DNA of 64,000 nucleotides from Terriglobia bacterium (GTDB lineage Bacteria; Acidobacteriota; Terriglobia; 20CM-2-55-15): NCBI GenBank assembly GCA_965198225.1, contig CBDAOY010000009.1, positions 192,001 to 256,000 of the forward strand, read 5' to 3'. Shown piece by piece: positions 57,752 to 64,000 of this stretch (position 1 is its first letter; each line of letters starts with the position of its first letter). The notes under the pieces were generated by a model. It saw only the letters and a program-made list of their open reading frames with translations, ran no database searches and was not told where the DNA came from. The position numbers and the translations under genes were made by a program.

Positions 57752-58402
57752 ATGAGTCAGACCACCGCACTCGAGGGACGACCGATTTCCTGGACCGGGC
57801 TAATCGCCCTGGGACTCGGCTCCGTAATGGCGGTCGCGTTCATCGCGGGCTTCGCCGTGCCGTAGCTGATGTTCAGCGCAGAAGTGCTGGAGCGGTTTGC
57901 GGGGCGGGAGCCGTGGGTATTCGCGCACGTCCTGGGCGGTTCGATCGCGTTGGTCATTGGCCCCGTGCAGATCTGGTACGGGTTGAAACGACGCCGGCTC
58001 AGACTCCACCGCTTGCTCGGCTTCGCCTACCTGGCGACGGTCGGCCTCGGTTGCGTCGCCGCCTTCTACCTGGCATTCACGACCGAGATCAGCTGGGTGT
58101 TCGGCATGGGCCTTGGCGGGCTGGCCGTGGCCTGGGTCATCACGACCGGGATGGCTTTCATAGCGATCAAGAAGCGGTTGATCATCCAGCATCAGGAGTG
58201 GATGATCCGCAGCTACGTAACGACGTTCGGGTTCGTGACGTTTCGCGTGATGGTCGGGATCTTCCAGGTGACGGGGGTGGGCACGCTCTTCGAACAACTG
58301 GTTGCAGCCAGCTGGTTCTGTTGGGCGGTCCCGCTGCTGATCACCGAAGCGATCATTCAAGGCCGCAAGGTCCTCGGATCGGCCCAGACGCACAGCACCT
58401 GA
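57752..58402 (+). pseudogene. DUF2306 membrane protein with in-frame TAG at 57863
   Basis: First TM helix lies upstream of the TAG in the same frame; HVLGG, LHRLLG, HQEWMIRSY, W.CW..P. Confidence 0.75.
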
Positions 58403-58411
58403 CGACTCACG

Positions 58412-58789
58412 ATGCCGCATCTGACTCTCGAACACACGGGAAACGTCGATCCCAACGTCGAGTTCGAAGCCGTTTTTCTTCGCTTGCATTCCGTCCTCGC
58501 CGATGCGGGCATCAAGCTGGCCAACTGCAAGAGTCGTGCCGCGGAACGCGATCGCTTCTGTGTCGCCGACGGCAGCCGGTCTTCCGCTTTCGTACACCTG
58601 GACGTGCGATTCATGGAGGGAATACCCGACGAATCGAAGCAGAAGATCGGACAAGGCACGCTCGCGGTACTGCAAGAATGCTTCAAGACGCCGGAGGGTA
58701 TCGACGATCTTCAAATTACCGTCGAGATCCGGGACATCCAACGCGACGCCTACTTCAAGTTCCCGGCGGGCACCCTGAATTATCGTTAG
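58412..58789 (+). CDS. 5-carboxymethyl-2-hydroxymuconate isomerase family (tautomerase)
   Basis: MPHL.LEH, KSRA, AFVHL..MEG, ITVEI. Confidence 0.88.
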   Translation: MPHLTLEHTGNVDPNVEFEAVFLRLHSVLADAGIKLANCKSRAAERDRFCVADGSRSSAFVHLDVRFMEGIPDESKQKIGQGTLAVLQECFKTPEGIDDLQITVEIRDIQRDAYFKFPAGTLNYR

Positions 58790-58851
58790 GCGTTTTTTGG
58801 GCGTTGCGCCCACAGGAGAGCTTTCACGTACGTCCTCGCGTAGTCGAAAGC

Positions 58852-58888
58852 CCGGGGACAGGGCCAGGCCCCCCTCACATGGTTTCTC
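58852..58888 (+). repeat. GGGGACAG-type REP-like repeat, copy A
   Basis: ccggggacagggccaggcccccctcacatggtttctc. Confidence 0.6.
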
Positions 58889-58924
58889 TCACGGACCACT
58901 TGGCGAAACGAAAGCTGACGAGAA

Positions 58925-59191
58925 TCAGTGAACTCGGTAGGACGGGTCGACCTGAGAAGCGGAAAGGCTGGTTACGATATCGATCCGGTAGAGCAGGTGG
59001 CTGGCGAGTTCCTCAAAATTATCAACCTGCGAGATCTTGTCCATCTCGTCGATGATTTTGTCCAGGACCGATTCGATCTCTTCGTAGGTCTGTTCGGCGA
59101 AGAAAGCGCGTTGGTGTTCGAGCCGGGATCTGTGCCGAATGAACTCCTGGCGATAGAAATCTGAAATCTGTTTCTTGCGCTCAACGCCCAT
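58925..59191 (-). CDS. Small helical hypothetical protein downstream of gatB
   Basis: 88-aa ORF with helical protein-like composition, 27 bp after the gatB stop. Confidence 0.7.
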   Translation of the reverse strand: MGVERKKQISDFYRQEFIRHRSRLEHQRAFFAEQTYEEIESVLDKIIDEMDKISQVDNFEELASHLLYRIDIVTSLSASQVDPSYRVH

Positions 59192-59218
59192 TTGCCCGCG
59201 ACTATACCCCCAAAAATT

Positions 59219-60682
59219 TTAGCTCGCAAGTTTCTTTCTGAGGGCTTCGTTTACACTCTTCGGGTTGGCGCGGCCACCGGTTGCTCGCATCACCTGGCCG
59301 ACAAACCAGCCGATCGTACCGGTCTTACCGGAGCGGTACTGCTCGACCGGCCCGGGGTTCGCCGCGATGATTTCATCGATGATTCCTTCGATCTTTCCGG
59401 CGTCGGTAATCTGCGAGAGATCCTTTTCCTCGATGATGTCTTCCGGCGACTTCCCGGTTCGATACATCTCCTCGACTACGGTCTTCGCGATCTTCCCGGA
59501 GATTGTTCCTTCCTCGACGAGCTCGATCATGCGGGCGAGCATCCCCGGGTTCAGAGCGAGCCCGGAGAGGTCCGTCAAATCGACACCGTCGTCCTTCATG
59601 AGGCGCAGCAGATCTCCCATCATCCAGTTCGCGACAGTCTTGGGTTTTCCGCATTCTGTGACCGCGGATTCGAAGAAGTCCGCCAACGCCCGTGTAGAGG
59701 TCAGAATGCCTGCGTCGTAGTCCGACAGCCCGTACTCTTCTACGAAGCGTCCGCGGCGCGGAGCCGGCAATTCGGGCTGCGTCCGTCGGATCTCGTCGAT
59801 CCACGCCTGTTCCAGCTTCAGGAGCGGCAGATCCGGTTCCGGAAAATACCGGTAGTCGTGGGCTTCTTCCTTGCTCCGCATCGACACCGTGTGCTGCTCG
59901 ACACTGTTCCACAGGCGGGTTTCCTGCACGACTCTGTCGCCAGCTTCGACGACATCAATCTGTCGTTCGATCTCATACTCGATCGCCCTTCGCAGGAAGC
60001 GGAATGAGTTGATGTTCTTCAGTTCGGTCCGCGTCCCGAGTTCCGAAGACTCCGGAAGGCAGATGGAAACGTTCGCATCGCACCGAAGACTGCCTTCCTC
60101 CATGTTTCCATCGCACACCCCCAGGTACTCCAGTATCTGCTTCAGACGAGTGAGGTAGGCTGCGGCCTCGGCGGCGGAACGCAGGTCGGGTCTCGTCACG
60201 ATCTCGACCAGCGGCACTCCGCTGCGGTTGAAGTCAACCTGGGTATGGCGGTCCGAGTCGGGAAATCCCTCATGGAGGGACTTCCCGGCGTCCTCCTCCA
60301 TGTGAATACGCTCGATGCCGATCTTCCGGGTTTCTCCTTCGACTTCGACCTCGAGGCGGCCGTGTTCAGCTATCGGCCTGTCGAACTGCGATATCTGATA
60401 GCCTTTCGGGAGGTCGGGATAGAAGTAGTTCTTGCGCGCCCATTGGGAAACGGTGTTGATCGTGCAGTCCAGGGCGATACCTGCCCGGATAGCCATAGCC
60501 ACCGCCTCGCGGTTCAAGACAGGCAACGCGCCGGGTAGACCGAGGCAAACCGGACAGGTATTCACATTCGGGGCCTGGCCGAAGCGCGTGGAACACGAGC
60601 AGAACAACTTGGAGCGAGTCAGGAGCTGCGCGTGGCACTCCAGCCCGATCACCGTCATGTATTTGGCGGTTGCTGATTCCAT
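59219..60682 (-). CDS. gatB: Asp/Glu-tRNA amidotransferase subunit B
   Basis: VIGLECHAQL, RKNYFYPDLPKGYQISQ, HMEEDAGK, MEEGSLRCDAN, KEEAHDYRYFPEPDL. Confidence 0.98.
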   Translation of the reverse strand: MESATAKYMTVIGLECHAQLLTRSKLFCSCSTRFGQAPNVNTCPVCLGLPGALPVLNREAVAMAIRAGIALDCTINTVSQWARKNYFYPDLPKGYQISQFDRPIAEHGRLEVEVEGETRKIGIERIHMEEDAGKSLHEGFPDSDRHTQVDFNRSGVPLVEIVTRPDLRSAAEAAAYLTRLKQILEYLGVCDGNMEEGSLRCDANVSICLPESSELGTRTELKNINSFRFLRRAIEYEIERQIDVVEAGDRVVQETRLWNSVEQHTVSMRSKEEAHDYRYFPEPDLPLLKLEQAWIDEIRRTQPELPAPRRGRFVEEYGLSDYDAGILTSTRALADFFESAVTECGKPKTVANWMMGDLLRLMKDDGVDLTDLSGLALNPGMLARMIELVEEGTISGKIAKTVVEEMYRTGKSPEDIIEEKDLSQITDAGKIEGIIDEIIAANPGPVEQYRSGKTGTIGWFVGQVMRATGGRANPKSVNEALRKKLAS

Positions 60683-60877
60683 CGTTTTAGCGTCGGGCCC
60701 AACGCCCCTTTCATTCCCAACTCTCAAGAGTGCACTTACTTGGCTCGACCCTAAGATCGCGGGCAGGCCAACGCCGGATGGTCCCGCACGCTTATTCTCG
60801 AAGAACACCAAATGTAGCACAACCGTAGACCGAGCCCCGCCGACCCACAGTCGGGAACGTTTCTGCGCGCCGAAACA

Positions 60878-60921
60878 CCCGGGGACAGGGCCGGGCCCCT
60901 GTCCCCCTCACATTGGTTCTC
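60878..60921 (+). repeat. GGGGACAG-type REP-like repeat, copy B
   Basis: ggggacaggg-ccgggc-ccctgtcccc hairpin plus the shared tail ctcacattggttctc. Confidence 0.65.
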
Positions 60922-60955
60922 TAGCGAACCCCTCGCTTGATAGAATAGATAGTTT

Positions 60956-62022
60956 ATGATCAAAACCATCGAATGGACGGACGAAGGCGCATGATCGACC
61001 AGACGAAGCTGCCGACGGTGGAAGAGTACCCGGTCTTTTCCACTTACGAGGGCGTCGCTGAAGCGATCCGTTCGATGATCATCCGCGGAGCACCAGCTAT
61101 CGGCGTCGCCGCGGCGATGGGAATTGCCCTGGGGATGAAGAATTCCAGCGCGACGACTCTGGAACAGGCCCGGACGGATTTCGAAACAGTAGCGGAAAAC
61201 ATCACCGCGACGCGGCCGACGGCGGTGAATCTGTTCTGGGCCGTGGAAAGGATGAAAGTCCGTTTCGCCGGACTGGTTGCCGACGGCCTCGGGCTTGATG
61301 AACTCCGCGAACGACTGGTCCAGGAAGCGCTGGACATACAGCGTGAAGACATCGATTCCAACATGCGTATGGGTCGGATCGGGCAGGAATTAATGCCGTC
61401 CGGTGGAACGGTCCTGACCCATTGCAACGCCGGCGCACTGGCGACGGCCGGTTACGGAACCGCTCTTGGTGTCATCCGCGCGGCCGTCGAAGAGGGTAAA
61501 CGCATACGGGTGCTCGCCGATGAGACCCGGCCGTTTCTACAGGGAGCGCGCCTCACCGCCTGGGAGTTGTGGAAGGACAACATCGATGTCCACGTGATCT
61601 CCGACAACATGTCCGGCGCATTCATGCGTCAGGGATTGATTGACTGCGTGATCGTGGGAGCCGATCGGATCGCGGGCAACGGTGACGTGGCCAACAAGAT
61701 CGGAACGTATACCGTCGCCGTCCTGGCCGCCCAGCACGAGATCCCTTTCTACGTGGCGGCTCCGGTGTCGACACTGGACCTGTCGATCGCCAGCGGTTCG
61801 GAGATTCCCATCGAGCAGCGCGACCCATCGGAAGTGACAAACTTCGGTGGTGTCCGTGTCGTGCCCGAAGACGTCTCGGCCTTTAATCCCGCCTTCGACG
61901 TGACGCCTAATCAATTTGTGAGCGCGATCATCACCGACCGCGGCATCGCTCGACCGCCCTACGACGAGTCGCTGACCAACCTGGTGGCGGAAACCGACAG
62001 GGCCACGACCGGAAAGGGATAG
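60956..62022 (+). CDS. mtnA: S-methyl-5-thioribose-1-phosphate isomerase; apparent frameshift near 60990
   Basis: [11 protein letters not shown] (60956) is out of frame with MIDQTKLP (60991); [31 protein letters not shown]. Confidence 0.93.
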
Positions 62023-62038
62023 CGGAGGCCGAGCCGCG

Positions 62039-63121
62039 ATGGTAGTGCTGGGCATCGAAACCTCCTGCGACGAGACCGCGGCAGCCATCGTCACCGACGA
62101 AGGCCGGATCCTCTCCAACGTCATCCATTCCCAGGTGGACACCCACAGGCTCTACGGCGGGATCGTTCCCGAGCTCGCATCCCGTGAACACATCAAGAAG
62201 ATCCGGGCAATCGTCGACGAAGCTTTCTCGGTCGCAGGAATCGAATTGGCCCAGCTCGACGGCATCGCGGCGACTCGTGGCCCGGGACTAGTCGGCTCAC
62301 TACTCGTCGGACTGACTTACGCGAAGGCCATAGCGTTCTCGACCGGCAAGCCCCTGATCGGCGTGGACCACATCGAAGGCCATATCTACTCGGTTTCCCT
62401 GGAGCATCCGGCGGTCGAGTTTCCGGCCGTAGCACTCGTGGTCTCGGGTGGTCACACGAATCTCTTCTGGGTGGAGTCGAAAACCGGGAGCTGGTCGCAC
62501 CTTATCTACAAACTGATCGGAAAGACACGCGACGATGCAGCCGGAGAGGCATATGACAAGGTCGCGAAGTTGCTGGGTCTTCCCTATCCTGGCGGTCCGG
62601 TAATCGATCGTCTCGCCTCGCTCGGCACCCGCGGCACGATCCGCTTTCCGGTGGCGAGGATCTCAGACCAGACGATGGATTTCAGCTTTAGCGGAATCAA
62701 GACGGCCGTGTTGAGGAAGGTTAAAGACGAAGACCTGGAACCGAAGGACGAAGGCCAGAGCCGGGAAGACTCCGATCGACTGAACCTGTTGACCGGATTC
62801 CAGGAGTCGGTCGTTGAAGCCCTGATCTCACGAACGATGAAGGCGGCGCAGATGTACCATCCCCGTTCGATCATGCTGTCGGGCGGCGTCGCAGCAAACA
62901 GCCGGTTGAGGGAAGCGATGGCCCAAGCAGTCGCCGAACGAGACCTGGCCTTCTATTACCCCAAACCCGCCTTCACCACCGACAACGCCGCGATGATCGC
63001 CGCTGCCGGCATGTTCAGGTTGAAGCGGGGAGAGCGGGACAGCTACGATGTGAGTCCCGATCCCACCTTGAAACTGGCGCCGGCCGCCAAACCATCGAAG
63101 GCCGGCCGCTGGAAGGATTGA
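62039..63121 (+). CDS. tsaD: tRNA N6-adenosine threonylcarbamoyltransferase
   Basis: GIETSCDET, GGIVPELASREH, HIEGH, VSGGHT, DDAAGE, FSFSG.KT, TDNAAMI. Confidence 0.97.
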   Translation: MVVLGIETSCDETAAAIVTDEGRILSNVIHSQVDTHRLYGGIVPELASREHIKKIRAIVDEAFSVAGIELAQLDGIAATRGPGLVGSLLVGLTYAKAIAFSTGKPLIGVDHIEGHIYSVSLEHPAVEFPAVALVVSGGHTNLFWVESKTGSWSHLIYKLIGKTRDDAAGEAYDKVAKLLGLPYPGGPVIDRLASLGTRGTIRFPVARISDQTMDFSFSGIKTAVLRKVKDEDLEPKDEGQSREDSDRLNLLTGFQESVVEALISRTMKAAQMYHPRSIMLSGGVAANSRLREAMAQAVAERDLAFYYPKPAFTTDNAAMIAAAGMFRLKRGERDSYDVSPDPTLKLAPAAKPSKAGRWKD

Positions 63122-63175
63122 GTAGATCTTGATGGGTACGATCTGTGAGCATCGTCGTCGAGATATCGGAAGGCC

Positions 63176-63354
63176 GTGTAGGTGCGGTCTATGACCGCAC
63201 ACTGTTCCAGCTTGAGGGAGGCGTGGGGGAACCGGACCAGCTATCTTTCTCCACACACCCGCGCACCGCGATCGGTATTCGAACGCTCAAACTCTCGTCG
63301 GGAGAGGGACGGTGGGCCCGACGCTAATGAATGGTTCCGCTCATAGAGCGCACC
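63176..63354. repeat. GTAG-type REP doublet 4 with an inserted second element
   Basis: gtgtaggtgcggtctatgaccgcac ... cgctcatagagcgcacc; the interior shares motifs with 54005-54114. Confidence 0.75.
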
Positions 63355-63370
63355 AAGCAGCCCGTGGCCG

Positions 63371-63931
63371 CTAGACCGTCAGGATCTCTTCTTCCTTCTT
63401 CTTCGCAATCTCGTCCAGCTTTCCGATGTAGCTGTCGGTGAGCTTCTGGATCTCATCGAGAGCGCGGTGTTCGTCGTCTTCGGACATCTCCTTGCTCTTG
63501 AGATGCTTCTTCATGACGTCGTTGCCGTCCCGCCGGATGTTCCGGACTGCCGTCCGGTGGTCCTCGAGAACCTTGTGGACGTGTTTGGCCAACTCCCTGC
63601 GCCTCTCCTCGTTCAAGGGAGGTATCGGAATGCGGATCAATCGCCCGTCGTTGGCTGGATTCAACCCCAGGTCGGACGCCAGGATCGCCTTCTCGACCGT
63701 GGCGATCATCGTGGCGTCGTAAGGTTGAACCGTCACCAGAGTCGGCTCGGGTACCGCGAGGGACGCGACTTGATTGATCGGCGTCATGGTGCCGTAGTAA
63801 TCGACTTGAATATTGTCGAACAGAGAGACCGACGCCCGACCGGTCCGTATCGACGACAGTTCCCGGCGCAGGTCTTCGACGGCTTGCTCCATCCGGTGCT
63901 TGACGTTCGCGAGTTCTTCCTTGGTCGGCAC
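63371..63931 (-). CDS. frr: Ribosome recycling factor
   Basis: IRTGRA, VDYYG, LGLNP.NDG, PPLNEERR, VRNIRRD. Confidence 0.97.
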   Translation of the reverse strand: MPTKEELANVKHRMEQAVEDLRRELSSIRTGRASVSLFDNIQVDYYGTMTPINQVASLAVPEPTLVTVQPYDATMIATVEKAILASDLGLNPANDGRLIRIPIPPLNEERRRELAKHVHKVLEDHRTAVRNIRRDGNDVMKKHLKSKEMSEDDEHRALDEIQKLTDSYIGKLDEIAKKKEEEILTV

Positions 63932-63953
63932 GACCCTTACCTCCGGTGAGACC

Positions 63954-64000
63954 CTATTGAACGAGTGACCCGATCTTTTCGCCGAGGATCACGCGCTTGA
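63954..64000 (-). CDS. pyrH: UMP kinase, 3' end
   Basis: ..KRVILGEKIGSLVQ* directly upstream of frr (conserved pyrH-frr order). Confidence 0.85.
   Translation of the reverse strand, partial: KRVILGEKIGSLVQ

Noticed and set aside
58785-58811. GTTAGGC integron core-like heptamer
   Set aside because: It overlaps a stop codon and has no matching inverse core or L boxes; probably chance.
1-64000. tRNA/rRNA genes, including selC
   Set aside because: No cloverleaf or rRNA-like segment was recognised by eye; tRNAscan-SE or Infernal would be needed to exclude them.

Overview
GC-rich bacterial chromosomal window. The TonB receptor style, many PQQ and serine-hydrolase proteins and the DciA-gatCA-skp order suggest an Acidobacteriota-like organism (inference only). 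Housekeeping genes (dciA-like, gatC, gatA, skp; gatB, mtnA, tsaD, frr, pyrH end) bracket an accessory zone. From about 27.2 to 53.8 kb this zone is an unbroken + strand run of about 40 unrelated small genes, many truncated, fused or frameshifted. Main signals the ORF track misses: (1) a SAM-methyltransferase read through an in-frame TGA (Cys-UGA) followed by a SECIS-like hairpin, a probable selenoprotein, in the same window as a stand-alone SenA/EgtB-like gene; (2) a decayed integron, with an IntI C-terminal remnant cut at a MITE junction and an AT-rich DUF1801 cassette flanked by attC-like sites; (3) a 275-bp structured MITE family with two full copies, one partial copy and one ends-only copy; (4) GTAG-type REP doublets and other repeats; (5) a PurN-GrpB fusion. 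All assignments come from reading motifs by eye; no searches were run.
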